NCBI RefSeq assembly: GCF_009914755.1
Contig: NC_060925.1
Reading direction: 5' to 3' (one strand)
Length of the DNA: 64,000 bases
From: the human T2T-CHM13v2.0 reference genome, Homo sapiens
Shown: positions 31,314 to 47,571 of the stretch, piece after piece
How positions within the stretch are numbered: the first letter of the stretch is position 1
Layout of the letters: every line of letters starts with the position of its first letter
Notes under the pieces: model-generated
What the model was told of the DNA's origin: nothing
What the model saw: only the letters and a program-made list of their open reading frames with translations
Databases searched by the model: none
Translations under genes and position numbers: made by a program

Positions 31314-31597
31314 GCATGAATTTCTTTAATTTCACTGGTTACAATGCAGTCTCACCTGTAGTACCTAGCAGAAATCACTCAAGGTAGGTGATAGGAGATT
31401 CAGCTATGTGATGGTGAAATAAGAAAAGAAATCACTTTGAAGTATCGGGGCACTGAAAGCATTTTAAAGCACATACTTCAGAGAATTACGGATTACAGAA
31501 GGAAAAGGAGGTTAGGGTCAGCTAGACAGCAGCATGAGGTCCGTGGTGTCAGGACTCGAGAAAAGAGGCACAACTTAGACAATGCCAACCTTACCAA

Positions 31598-31860
31598 TTT
31601 TTTTTTTCTTTTTTGAGATGGAGTCTCACTCTGTCGCCCAAGCTGGAGTGCAGTGGCGCGATCTTGGCTCACTGCAACCTCCACCTCTCGGGTTCAAGCA
31701 ATTCTCCGCCTCAGCCTCCCAAGTAGCTGGGATTACAGGCACCCGCCACCATACCCATCACCATCTTGGCCAGGCTGGTCTTGAACTCCTGACCTCACGA
31801 TCTACCCACCTCAGCCTCCCAAAGTGCTGGGATTACAGGCATGAGCCACCACGCCAGGCC
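31598..31860 (-). mobile_element. Alu with internal deletion of the A-rich linker
   Basis: Alu consensus lacking the middle segment; TSD AACCTTA. Confidence 0.88.
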
Positions 31861-32177
31861 AACCTTAACATTTTAAAGGCAGGCTCTGCGTTCTGGCCTA
31901 TACTCAGTGAGGTAAGCGTATTGAAATCAGTATCAACAAATAATATCCCAGGGTAAGGAGAAGTTTCTACAGAATTTCTGTGGTGCTGGTGAAGACATTA
32001 TTTGTACAAGCCTGAAACTATTATATAACAAATATTTTGACATCCTTGGGGAATGTTAGTGTCTGTTTATTCAAATGCCAATATAAAGTACCTTTTAAAG
32101 TTCATGCTTATAATGAGAGAGAAGTAGTAAATAACTTCTGACAGTGTGTTTTTTTGCATTAAGCCACTGAAACATTA

Positions 32178-32533
32178 CCTTAGTCCATTTAGGCTGCTAT
32201 AACAAAATACCTGAGACTGGATAATGTATAAAGAACAGAAATGTATTGCTCACAGTTTTGGAGGCTGGAAGTCCAAGATCAAGGCACCAGCTGACGTGTG
32301 TGCTGAGAGCTCATTCCTCATAGATTTCACCTTCTGGGTGTCCTCACATTGCAGAAGGGGCCAGGGAGCGCCCTCAAGCCTCTTTTACAAGGGCACTGAT
32401 TCCATTTACAAGGGCTTCACCTTCATGACCTAGACACCTCCCAAAGATCTCACTTCAATACCACCACATGGGGGTTAGGTTTCAACATATGAATTTGGGG
32501 CTGGCAGGGGGCACATACATTCAGACCATAGCA
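32178..32533 (-). mobile_element. MaLR LTR (MLT1A-like)
   Basis: ggctgctataacaaaatac..ggaggctggaagtccaagatcaagg..cattcagaccatagca. Confidence 0.85.
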
Positions 32534-33450
32534 AAACATCTGTATTCTGAGTTCAAATCAGAGTGAGTCTTCATCATCACCCATGCAGCTGAATTAGTCT
32601 TTTCTGTTTTGTTTTGTTGTTCACAGGCTCTTGGAAATCAGAAAACACAAACTTCTAATCCAGTGCTCTATTCATTAACCCACATCTTTTCTTAGACTTT
32701 GTCAATCAAGGTTAGGGACCTGGGCCTTGGAGCACAAGCCTCAGAGTCACCAGTATCCAGGCATTTACTTAGAGATTATTCTCATGTGCCTCCATCCTGA
32801 CCTTCCATTAACCCAGCCACTAGGTTCCTCCCCACCTCTAATCTCTGCCCACTTGTTGTTTGCTTTTGGGAACTCTAAAGAGTCTTTTTGTGTGTTTTAT
32901 TTATTTTTGTTTTTTTTTTTATCATTCTCAAGTTTAATAACTTAGGTTGTTAATAGACTAGAAAGAACCTGAAAAAGACACCAGAAGTCCAACTGAGCTT
33001 GCCTTTTCAAGCTGATGACTTTAAATGCCGCTAACTATAGAGAAGTTTATCTTGCCATTTTTCATTTGTTGCAGAACCTAAAACTAGATTACTTTGAGAG
33101 CAACTGTGCAATGAATTTGGGCTACATTTTAGCAAATGTGTTTATTTCAAGACATAATTTCTTATATTTCAATCATTTCTAAAACAAATTGTAAATTTTA
33201 AAGGTTATATAATGCCTCTTAAAGATTTTTGTATGCAACTATGTGTACATATAAATGGGAAACTTGGCATTTAATCATAGAGTCCTTTATATAGTTTTTA
33301 AATTGTTGCCTTGTCACTTCAACAATATTTTTTATTTGGCCAGAGACAAGGATGATACTTTCTTTGCTATAGCACAATGCTGGGCACCTAGTGATAGCAA
33401 ATATATATATAAATGGACATACTGTTCAATGTAATTTGTTGAGTAATTAC

Positions 33451-33821
33451 TGTTAAAATAATTAATTGGGAGGTCATTAGGCTGAGGCAGCTCCAGTGCT
33501 CTGGGTTCCTACTTAAGCAAGTTAAAACCTAATTCAGTGTAAACAGTAAAACAAAACAAGCTTAACCAATCAGAAACCTCCAACTAACCTCTAACTAGGG
33601 GCTTTCCACTGGAATGATCCAAATAAGGCCATTGCTCCACTTTAACTGATCAAATATTTTCTTTGCCTTGCTTCCTCATTCACCCTATAAAAGCTTTTTC
33701 CCTCCTGCCCCTTTGTCAGAGCCTAGAACCACTTGCGGTCTGGAGCTGCCTGATTTATGAATCACTTTTTGCTCAAATAAACTCTTTAATATTTCAATGT
33801 GCCTCAGTTGGTCTTTTAACA
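33451..33821 (+). mobile_element. ERV solo LTR (LTR47-like)
   Basis: TGTTAAAA...TTTTAACA termini, CCAAT boxes, TATAAAA, AATAAA. Confidence 0.75.
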
Positions 33822-34710
33822 CTACTGTGTGTAAACCACACTGCAAAGCTCTATGATGAACATGCATGAGGGTCAATCCATGACTTCAGGTGACTTACAC
33901 TTCATCAGGGGAGATCATGTAGGAGGCATCATGATAGAAGTACAGTTCAAACACTGTGGCAGTCCCAGCAGGGCAGGATTCATTATGGAGTTCAGAACAT
34001 GTATAACAGAAAACTGTTCACTTAAAGTAGGCTTGAAGGGTAAGCAGACTTTCAGAAAGTGAAGACAGACCAGGGAGAGTGGGTAGACTCCTGGTTGGTT
34101 GGAAGCTAGGCTGGAACAGTGGCTTTGACCTCAGATTGGGGAGAGTTTTGAATTCCATGCTATGAAGTTTGGACTCTATTTTACAGGCAATGAGAGGTTA
34201 TATTTTAAAATAATCAGAGCATTAGAAAGATCATTCTGGCACTTTCATGTCTAATAGGCTGTATATGAGTGAACACTAGAGGGAGGGAGAATAGTTAATA
34301 GGTGAATGCAACTTTGAATTGAGAGGCAACCTGGCCTGATTTAGGTGGTAATTCAGAGACAGGAAATAGAAATCATCAGCTCTTGATACTTTATAAAGAG
34401 CTTTCTCATTTGATCCAAACAACCACTGGGGGATGAGTATGACTCAGAGTTCTACCTGACAATGAGGAATAAAGGGCTGATAAAAGGTAGTTGTATTGCC
34501 CAAGTTTGCTCAGCTAATAAACAATAGAGCCTTGCCACAGGCCATTGACTTCTTACTGGGAAGATACCAAAGGCAGAATCCATGTAACTGTTTGTGCAAA
34601 GGCTGAAACAAAGTCTGCATTTCTAGGGGATAGCCAAAACACTGGAAACGGAAGACAGGACAGGGGAGTCCGTTCCTCAAGCAGTATGTAGAAACACTGT
34701 CATTCAGGAA

Positions 34711-34792
34711 TGAGGGAGGGAGGGAAGGAAGGAAAGAAGGAAAAAGAAAGAAAGAGGGAGAGAGAGAAAGAAAGAAAACAAGAAAGAAAATA

Positions 34793-34856
<64 letters not shown>

Positions 34857-34918
34857 GGGAAAGAAAGAGAGAAGAGGGAGGGAGGGAGGAAGGGAAGGAA
34901 GAAAGAAAGACAGAAAGA
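34711..34918. repeat. (GAAA)n / GA-rich microsatellite
   Basis: Direct reading. Confidence 0.95.
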
Positions 34919-34922
34919 GTGA

Positions 34923-35740
<818 letters not shown>

Positions 35741-36234
35741 TCAAAGGAAGTGCAGAAACCTAGAAAACATTTGGGAAGGATCTCCCAGGAGTTTGATTTT
35801 CTCAAGTACAAGGTGAAGCACTTAGCTGTGGAGGCTTAGAGAGGCAATAGCTTGCCCTTGGGAGATAAGAACAAGCAACTTAAGGGTTTTCAACAGTAGC
35901 CAAATATAGTGGATGAGGAGATGGGAAAGTGGGGTAGAGAATTAAAGTAGCATATGTGAAAAATCGAGGCAAAAGGAGACTATGGAATAGACAGGCAAGC
36001 TGGTGGGATTAAAAAGGTGTAATGAGAAGGAAAAAAATACCTGGACTGATAGCACCCATTTATTTCACTCTCCCTCCTTCCCTCCATAACCCCTTCCTCC
36101 CTCACTTCCGTTTTTCCTTCCTTCCCTTGCTCCTTCCCTCCTTCCTCCCTTCATTTCCTCCTCCTTTTCTTCCACTCCTTCCTTCTTTTCTCTCTCCTTT
36201 CCCTTCCTCCTTTCCCTCCTCTTTCCCCTTCCTC

Positions 36235-38222
36235 CTCCTTCCCTCCTTTCTTCCTTCCTCCTCTCTCCTTTCCTTTCTATTCTCCCTCCTTTCCTACCTC
36301 CAGCCCCTTCCTTCCCTCCTTTCTTCCTTCCTCCTCTCTCCTTTCCTTTCTATTCTCCCTCCTTTCCTACCTCCAGCCCCTTCCTTCCCTCCTTTCTTCC
36401 TTCCTCCTCTCTCCTTTCCTTTCTATTCTCCCTCCTTTCCTACCTCCAGCCCCTTCCTTCCCTCCTTTCTTCCTTCCTCCTCTCTCCTTTCCTTTCTATT
36501 CTCCCTCCTTTCCTACCTCCAGCCCCTTCCTTCCCTCCTTTCTTCCTTCCTCCTCTCTCCTTTCCTTTCTATTCTCCCTCCTTTCCTACCTCCAGCCCCT
36601 TCCTTCCCTCCTTTCTTCCTTCCTCCTCTCTCCTTTCCTTTCTATTCTCCCTCCTTTCCTACCTCCAGCCCCTTCCTTCCCTCCTTTCTTCCTTCCTCCT
36701 CTCTCCTTTCCTTTCTATTCTCCCTCCTTTCCTACCTCCAGCCCCTTCCTTCCCTCCTTTCTTCCTTCCTCCTCTCTCCTTTCCTTTCTATTCTCCCTCC
36801 TTTCCTACCTCCAGCCCCTTCCTTCCCTCCTTTCTTCCTTCCTCCTCTCTCCTTTCCTTTCTATTCTCCCTCCTTTCCTACCTCCAGCCCCTTCCTTCCC
36901 TCCTTTCTTCCTTCCTCCTCTCTCCTTTCCTTTCTATTCTCCCTCCTTTCCTACCTCCAGCCCCTTCCTTCCCTCCTTTCTTCCTTCCTCCTCTCTCCTT
37001 TCCTTTCTATTCTCCCTCCTTTCCTACCTCCAGCCCCTTCCTTCCCTCCTTTCTTCCTTCCTCCTCTCTCCTTTCCTTTCTATTCTCCCTCCTTTCCTAC
37101 CTCCAGCCCCTTCCTTCCCTCCTTTCTTCCTTCCTCCTCTCTCCTTTCCTTTCTATTCTCCCTCCTTTCCTACCTCCAGCCCCTTCCTTCCCTCCTTTCT
37201 TCCTTCCTCCTCTCTCCTTTCCTTTCTATTCTCCCTCCTTTCCTACCTCCAGCCCCTTCCTTCCCTCCTTTCTTCCTTCCTCCTCTCTCCTTTCCTTTCT
37301 ATTCTCCCTCCTTTCCTACCTCCAGCCCCTTCCTTCCCTCCTTTCTTCCTTCCTCCTCTCTCCTTTCCTTTCTATTCTCCCTCCTTTCCTACCTCCAGCC
37401 CCCTCCTTCCCTCCTTTCTTCCTTCCTCCTCTCTCCTTTCCTTTCTATTCTCCCTCCTTTCCTACCTCCAGCCCCCTCCTTCCCTCCTTTCTTCCTTCCT
37501 CCTCTCTCCTTTCCTTTCTATTCTCCCTCCTTTCCTACCTCCAGCCCCTTCCTTCCCTCCTTTCTTCCTTCCTCCTCTCTCCTTTCCTTTCTATTCTCCC
37601 TCCTTTCCTACCTCCAGCCCCCTCCTTCCCTCCTTTCTTCCTTCCTCCTCTCTCCTTTCCTTTCTATTCTCCCTCCTTTCCTACCTCCAGCCCCTTCCTT
37701 CCCTCCTTTCTTCCTTCCTCCTCTCTCCTTTCCTTTCTATTCTCCCTCCTTTCCTACCTCCAGCCCCTTCCTTCCCTCCTTTCTTCCTTCCTCCTCTCTC
37801 CTTTCCTTTCTATTCTCCCTCCTTTCCTACCTCCAGCCCCTTCCTTCCCTCCTTTCTTCCTTCCTCCTCTCTCCTTTCCTTTCTATTCTCCCTCCTTTCC
37901 TACCTCCAGCCCCTTCCTTCCCTCCTTTCTTCCTTCCTCCTCTCTCCTTTCCTTTCTATTCTCCCTCCTTTCCTACCTCCAGCCCCTTCCTTCCCTCCTT
38001 TCTTCCTTCCTCCTCTCTCCTTTCCTTTCTATTCTCCCTCCTTTCCTACCTCCAGCCCCTTCCTTCCCTCCTTTCTTCCTTCCTCCTCTCTCCTTTCCTT
38101 TCTATTCTCCCTCCTTTCCTACCTCCAGCCCCTTCCTTCCCTCCTTTCTTCCTTCCTCCTCTCTCCTTTCCTTTCTATTCTCCCTCCTTTCCTACCTCCA
38201 GCCCCTTCCTTCCCTCCTTTCT
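36235..38222. repeat. 73-bp polypyrimidine VNTR, ~27 near-identical copies, within a CT-rich tract (36065-38375)
   Basis: CAG marker recurs exactly every 73 nt from 36301 to 38199. Confidence 0.97.
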
Positions 38223-38375
38223 TTCCGCCCTCTTTCCTTCTTTCTCCCTTTCTCCCTCTCCTCTTTCTTTCTCTCTCTCTTTCTTCCTTTCTTTCTTTTC
38301 TTTCTTTCCTTTTCTTTTCCTTTCTTTCTTTTTCCTTCCTTCCTTCCTTCCTTCCACTTTATTCTTTATTTTACT

Positions 38376-38526
38376 TTTTAGAGACAGAGTCTTGCTCTGT
38401 CACCCAAGCTGGAGTGCAGGAGTGTAATCATAGCTCACTATAGTTTTGAACTTCTGGGCTCAAGGGATCCTCCTGCCTTGGCCTCCCAAAGTGCTAGGAT
38501 TACAGACATGAGACATCACAACGGCC
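38376..38526 (-). mobile_element. Alu monomer (FLAM/FRAM-like)
   Basis: Single-arm Alu sequence whose tail abuts the CT-rich tract. Confidence 0.8.
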
Positions 38527-38793
38527 TCCTTCCTTCCTCTTTAATCTACTTTGTGCCAGGCAATAACCCAGGCTTAAAGATGTAAATAAGTGACTCTGAG
38601 ACAGTAAATGAAACCCTTTTAGAAAGAGAGTAATTATTTTTGTCAATGGGGTACTCTGCCTAAACATCGGAAATGATTGTGTGGGGCGGGAGGGTCACAC
38701 TCAGTGAAGCCTGCCATTAAAATGTCAAGCCTTCTTTATTTTTAGGAATCATTTTTCTCTGTGGTGGCTTCCAATTTTAATAACACTTTTACA

Positions 38794-39447
<654 letters not shown>

Positions 39448-40058
39448 TTATATATATATATATATCTATCTCACATAACTCGACGGAACCCTGGGTGAGC
39501 ATTTCTCCCTGAGCTCATTCCAATGGCTATTTTTTCCTAGAGAATTCCTCCAAGATGTCCCTTCTACAGCTCAAATATCCTTAAGTCCTCAAACAGCTGG
39601 TCTTCTGTCAAGAAAGAGTTTTGAATATTTTGCCTCCTTTATCACCCTCCTCCACACACATACAATTTGTCAATATTTGTCTTAAAAGGTCGTGCCCATA
39701 TGTAAGTGAAAAATTCCAGATGTGTTGACACGTTCTAAATAGCGGTGGCCGGCTTCCTCCACTTGACAGCCTACTTTTGAAGCACAAAATTGAATGAACA
39801 TTTGGAGTGACACATCACATTTCTGCATGCTGTTGAACTTAAATCCAACTTCAGTTTTATTTAACCCCTTTCCAAGTAAGATGCACAAGAGAATAACCCC
39901 ATAAGTGTTAAGATAGAAAAAGGATAAGCAAATATGTCCTTGTTTAGGTATAGGACATTTCCAAGAGGGCATGTCAGAAAATGTGGACAGTGGCTGTTAA
40001 CTTCTAGAGTGTAGAGGATGGGCGTTTCTAACCCTTTACCATATACCCTTTAGTACTA

Positions 40059-41558
40059 CAGTCATGCGTCACTTAAGGACAGGGATGCGTTCTGAGAAAT
40101 GCATTGTCAGGTGATTGCATCATTGTACAAATGTCATGGAGTGTACTTACACAATCCTAAGTGGTGTAGCCTACTACGCACCTAGGCTACATGGTACAGA
40201 CTATGGCTCCTAGGCTGCAAACCTGTACAGCAAGTTCCTGTACTGAATACTGTAGGCAGTTGTAACACAATGGCAAGTGTTTGTGTATCTAAATGTATCT
40301 AACCATGGAAAAGGTAGAGTAAGAACATGGTGTAAAAGATAAAAAATGGTTCACGTGCCAAGCACTATGAACGGAGCTTGCAGAACTGGAAGTTACTCTG
40401 GGCAAGTCAGTGGGTGAGTGATGAGTGAATGTGAGGGCTGAGGACATTACTATACACTGCTGGAGACTTTATAGACACTGCACACTTAGGCTACACTAAC
40501 TAACTTTATGAAAAACCTACTTTCTTTCTGGTTTTTTTTTTTTTTTTTTTTTTGGAGACAGAGTCTTGCTCCATCACCCAGGCTGGAGTATAGTTGCGCG
40601 GTCTCGGTTCACTGCAACCTCTGCCTCCTGGGTTCAAGCAATTCCCCTGTTTCAGCCAGCTGAGATTACAGGTACCCGCCACCACCCGGCTAATTTTTGT
40701 ATTTTTAGTAGAGACGGGATTTCACCATGTTGGCCAAGCTGGTCTCAAACTCTTGACCTCAAGTGATCCGGCCACCTCGGCCTCCCAAAGTACTGGGATT
40801 ACAGGCGTGAGCCACGCACCTGGCCAAAACTTTTTTCTTCAATAATGAATTAACCCTAGCTTAATGTAACTTTTCACTTTATAAACTGTAAAATTGTTTT
40901 TGACTTTTTGACTCTTTTGTCATAGCACTTACCTTAAAACACAAACGCATTGTACACGTGTGCAAAACTATTTCCTTCTTTACGTTCTTATTCTATAAGC
41001 TTTTTCCTATTACTTTTTCTTTTTTTACTTTTTAATTTTTTTTGTTAGAAACTAAGACAAGAACACACACACTAGCCTAGGCCTATACAGGGTCAGGATC
41101 ATAAATATCCCTGCCTTCCACCTCCACAGATTGTCCCACTGGAAGGTCTTCAGGGGCGATAACACACATGGAGCTGTCATCTCCTATGACCACAATGCCT
41201 TCTTCCGGAAACCTCCTGAAGGACCTGCCTGAGGCTGGTTTACAGTTAACTTTTTAAAACTATAAGTAGAATGAGTGTATTCCAAAACAATGATAAAAAG
41301 TATAGCACAGTAAATACATAAACCAGTAATATAGTTGATTATCATGATCAAATATTATGCAGTGTACATAATTATATGTGCTATACTTTTATAAGACTGG
41401 CGGTGCAGCGGGTTTGTTTACATCAGAATTACCACAAACATGTGAGTAGTATACTGCGCTACAACATAAGGATGGCTATGACATCACTAGGTGATAGGAA
41501 TTTTTCAACTTCATTATCATCTTATGAGACCACTGTCGTACATGTGGTCTGTTATTGA
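40059..41558. mobile_element. Tigger3/MER7-like DNA transposon interrupted by Alu (~40532-40825, minus)
   Basis: TA|CAGTCATGCGTCACTTAA terminus and Tigger3-like internal sequence. Confidence 0.8.
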
Positions 41559-41665
41559 TTATACAGACCTCGAAGGAGTGTTGTGAACAGTAAATTAGAG
41601 ACTGCCTATAAAATGCTTACCCCAGTGCACAGAACATACTAGGCCCTTAAAAATATTAGGTATTG

Positions 41666-41846
41666 GCCAGGCGCAGTGGCTCATGCCTGTAATCCCAGCA
41701 CTTGGGGAGGCCGAGGTGGGCAGATCATGAGGTCAGGAGTTTGAGACCAGCCTGACCAACGTGGTGAAACCCTGTCTCTATTAAAAATCCAAAAATTAGC
41801 CAGGCATGGTGGTGCGCGCCTGTAATCCCAGTACTCAGGAGGCTGA
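41666..41846 (+). mobile_element. 3'-truncated Alu
   Basis: Alu ends abruptly at GGAGGCTGAG with no tail. Confidence 0.88.
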
Positions 41847-42024
41847 GCGGGGTTTCTTGAGCGCAACACCATCCCAGCCATCAGTGAAAACAATCAAACA
41901 ATAAACAGGATGAACGCAAAGACAGAAACATATGCCTGATGACAATCTGTTGACTCACATATTTTGTGTACATTTTGCTGTCACTTAACTATGGGATACT
42001 AGGGGCTAAGAATGCCTAAAATTG

Positions 42025-42565
42025 ATCTGTCCAACAGGACAGCCACTATCCACAAAGGGTTCCTGAGCCTTGAAATGTGGCTAGTCCGCATGGAGATGTG
42101 CAGTCAGCATAACACGCAGTCTGGATTCCAAAGGCTGAATATGAAACAACTGTGAGATTTCTCCTTAATATTTGTTCGTATTGATTGCATGTTCAACTAA
42201 TATTTTGGATATATTTCATTAAATAAAATATATTTCTAATTTCACTTGTTTATTCCTGTGGATTTTATGTTTATTTTTCTTTTTGAGTCAGGGTCTCGCT
42301 TCGTCCCCCAGGCTGGAGGGCAGTGATGTGATCATAGCTCACTGCAGCGTTGACCTTCTGAGTTCAAGTGATCCTCCCACCTCAGCCTCCCAATGTGCTG
42401 GGATTACAGGCATGAGCCACTGCACCTGGCCTGTTCCTGTTTACTGTTTAAAAACGTAAACAGCTACTGTTTAAGTTTACTTTAAAGTGACTACTAAAAA
42501 ATTTATAATTACATATGAGACTTGCATTTTTGGCTCACGTTATGTTTCTATTGAACAGTGGCAGT
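42025..42565. mobile_element. MER33/MER3-like hAT element with nested Alu monomer (~42280-42431)
   Basis: ctgtccaa..tgaaatgtggctagtc..ttctattgaacag. Confidence 0.65.
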
Positions 42566-42603
42566 CTAAAATAAGTCCCGGATTTCAGGGGCTTATAATT
42601 TAA

Positions 42604-43188
42604 ATATGTATACGTGTATATATATATGTATATATAATATATATATACATATATATTTATATGTTTCCTACAGCAGCGTGACAGTGAACTGGGCTTTATT
42701 CAACTCTACAGATGAGCCCAACTGAATTCTACAATAAATCCCATGCAGCAAACAGCAGCACAGGCCAGCAAATAGGTTCCTACCTTTTTTATTCTTTCAG
42801 TGGAAAGGCTGGTACCAAAGTTTAATATATATATATTACACATATAATATATGTAATATATATTATATAATATATGTAATATACATTTTATATAATATAT
42901 GTAATATATATTTTATATATATGTAATATATATTTTATATATGTAATATATATTTTATATAATATATGTAATATATATTTTATATAATATATGTAATATA
43001 TATTTTATATAATATATGTAATATATATTTTATATAATATATGTAATATATATTTTATATAATATATGTAATATATATTTTATATAATATATGTAATATA
43101 TATTTTATATAATATATGTAATATATATTTTATATATATGTAATACATATTTTATATAATATATGTAATATATATTTTTTATATATAT
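42604..43188. repeat. TA-rich repeat (25-bp unit AATATATGTAATATATATTTTATAT) interrupted by a 165-bp insertion
   Basis: Direct reading. Confidence 0.93.
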
Positions 43189-43522
43189 GAAAGGGTTAAG
43201 AAAAATACAATGCATTAGTGAATAGTATAAGTACCAAAACAGAGTGCTATTGACTCCAGGAGTTCATAAATGAGGACCATACATAGAAAAGCCTTGGAAA
43301 GAGTGTTAGACTTCTCTGGGCCTTTAAGGAGTTAGAGACAGGACAAGAAAGAGGCCAACATGAGTGACATCATGGAGATGAGGAGTGGGCATGTGAGCTC
43401 CCCATGATGAAAATCTAATGAGCTGAGGAACTCCGCATAAACCAGATGAGCTTTTAGAGAAGGAGGAAGCGTAAAGCACAGGTAACACAGGTACCTTTAG
43501 TGCAGGAATGATGAAATCTGTG

Positions 43523-43938
<416 letters not shown>

Positions 43939-43944
43939 TTATTA

Positions 43945-44045
43945 AGTCCAGGAGTTTGAGGCTGCAGTGAGCCATGATTGTGCCACTGCACTCCAGCCTG
44001 GGCAACAGAGTGAAAGTCCGACTCAAAAAAAAGAAAAGAAAAAAA
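43945..44045 (+). mobile_element. Short Alu 3' fragment
   Basis: Alu end plus A tail; GAAGCTAATGTTTT direct repeats. Confidence 0.85.
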
Positions 44046-45111
44046 GGAAGGAAGCTAATGTTTTAGTCTGTGCTGGAGTTAAAGCTGCCCCCCAGATCAA
44101 GGGCCTGGCTGTCAGGATGAAGAAGAGAGGGTGTGTGTAGAGCTTGATGACTGGTTGTGTATAGAGATTTGAGAATTATCCTCAGAGAACATCTATTCAC
44201 GTTCCCTTTTTTATCCTGAATGAATGTGAATTGAGAGAATGACTCTAGCGGTCACTGAGACTGTCACACAAAATAAAAGTCATTCAGTTGACAAAATTCA
44301 AATGGAAACAATTCATTCAAAAGCTCCTTCTTAACCGCAGCCAGCATTTCCAAGAATCCTTTGGTTAGGACACTGTTTGCAAACCCTGTTCAGATAACAG
44401 ATTAGCTGAAACTAAAACTTGGCGAGTTTCCACACTTGGCACTGCTCACTATTTAAATGAACATTGAATAATGGGGTTAAAATTCACTGAACAGAAAGTG
44501 GAAGAAGACCAAAAGCTCTCAGTGCACGCTGGCCAGGAAACTGCACGAAGAGCAAAGGGGAACTGGACTGTAAATAGAATCAGGAGCACCAGACAGAATT
44601 AATTTACACAAAGTCATCAGTGTTTCCTACAGCAGCGTGACAGCAAACTGGGCTTTATTCAACTCTACAGATGAGCCCAACTGAATTCTACAATAAATCC
44701 CATGCAGCAAACAGCAGCACAGGCCAGCAAATAGGTTCCTACCATTTTTATTCTTTCAGTGGAAAGGTTGGTACCAAAGTTTAATTAACTAGTGAAATAG
44801 TTTTACATACTCCCTCCAGATGCATCTGTCATAAATTGAAAATAACTTTTAAAGTGATGGCCTCCCTTCTACTCTAGAGACCTTGAGATCTACCATTCTT
44901 AATTTATTTTTTTCACCTAAGTGGTTCATTCACTTATTATTAATTCTTATTTATTATTTATTAAACATCTACTATGTGCCAGCCACCGTGTTGTGTGGTA
45001 GAGACACAAACTAACCAGCAGTTCCTCCCCTTAAGATACACAGGAGACCAGCATGTAAACTCACAAGTTAAATATGCACAATTGGTCCTATGATCGAAGT
45101 GGGGCAGATGA

Positions 45112-46147
<1,036 letters not shown>

Positions 46148-46162
46148 TACTTTAGAAACACT

Positions 46163-46513
46163 CTGTCTTAGTCTGTTGAGGCTACAATGGCAAGATGCCT
46201 TAGACTGTATACTTTATAAACAACAGGAATGTATTTTTCACATTTCTGGGGCTAGGAAGTCTAACATCAAGATACCAGAAGATCTGGTGTCTGATGAAGG
46301 CCTGTTCGTCACAGATGTGTCTTCTCACTGTCCTCACATGGTAGAAGGGCAAAAGGTCTCCCTCAAGCTTCTTTTACAGGGACACTAATCCCATGCATGA
46401 GGGCAAATCCCTCATGACCTAATCACATCCTAAGGTCCCTAGTCTTAATACTGTCACACTGGGGATTAAATTTCAACCTGAATTTTGGGAAGACAAAGAT
46501 TTAGGCCACAGCA
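46163..46513 (-). mobile_element. MaLR LTR (MLT1A-like)
   Basis: MLT1A-type motifs. Confidence 0.75.
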
Positions 46514-47571
46514 GGTCCTTTTGGTGGAGTTGTGGTCAATGGGTTGAAGGGTTTGTGACTTACTGTCATTGAATTCAGTAAGACTATCCTAGCAGTTCAT
46601 CTGAAAAGATGAGGGCCTACGCCAAAGTAGTAGCAGTGAGGATTAATTAATTAATTCATTCATTCATTCATGCAGCAACTATTGCTTGAACACCTATGAC
46701 ATGGCAGGGCACTATGCTAGATATGGGAGGTATTTCAGAGCACAAGGCAGATAAAGTCCCTTTATCGTGGAGTTTTTTATTGAGTGGGATGAAGAGGAGA
46801 GGTCAGATGGACAGATATTATGGATGGGGAACCAACAGTGACTGATTACAGTGGAAGAGAGAGAAGAAGTCAAAGGTAAGCCCAGATTCTGTGTCAGGCA
46901 GCAAGGTGAATGTGCTAATTCTCCCAAAGAGAAGGAACATAACAGGAGAAATAGTCTTCAAAGACAGTGAAGAAGTCAGTGTGATACATGTTAATTTGGA
47001 GGCCATGGAGGAATTGCCAATCAGAAGTCCAGTGGCAGGTAAACCTATGAAACCAAGAAAACCAGGTAAACCGAGGATTCAAGAAAGTAGTCACTACCCC
47101 TCTACTTCTCACCCTTCCCAAGATGAGCTCCAGGCAAGATTGTGACGTCGAGGACCACCTCTCAGCAGTTCCCTCAATCTTGGAGCCTGCCCTTTGGCTA
47201 AAGTCCCCTGTCATTCATCATGGTCCTCAGGCCATTTGCCTCTATCATATGCCCACCCTTCTTGCAAGAGGCCTCATTTCCAGCTCCTTTGGATGCCAGC
47301 TCCTTCCTCATCTTCCACAACCTCAGCCAACTTCCTTTATCCCTTCAGTATCTAGGCAGGTTTTGGTTCCCACAGTGCAGCCATTCACCCACCAGGTAGC
47401 CAACCACGTTATAAAAACAGGCCTGAAGAGGAGCAGAAGTTCTAGACAATTGCCTGAGTCCCCAGTGAATTTACTCTTGTTCTGTGCATCCCATACGCCG
47501 ATCTCTCTAGCTGGCTAATACACCAGCTTCCACACCATTTCTGGCTTCCTTGGCTGTCCTTACTTTGCACC

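Noticed and set aside
36022-38427. 801-aa F/L/P/S-rich ORF
   Set aside because: Artefact of the pyrimidine VNTR, which has no stop codon in any + frame; the 73-aa period is simply three 73-bp units.
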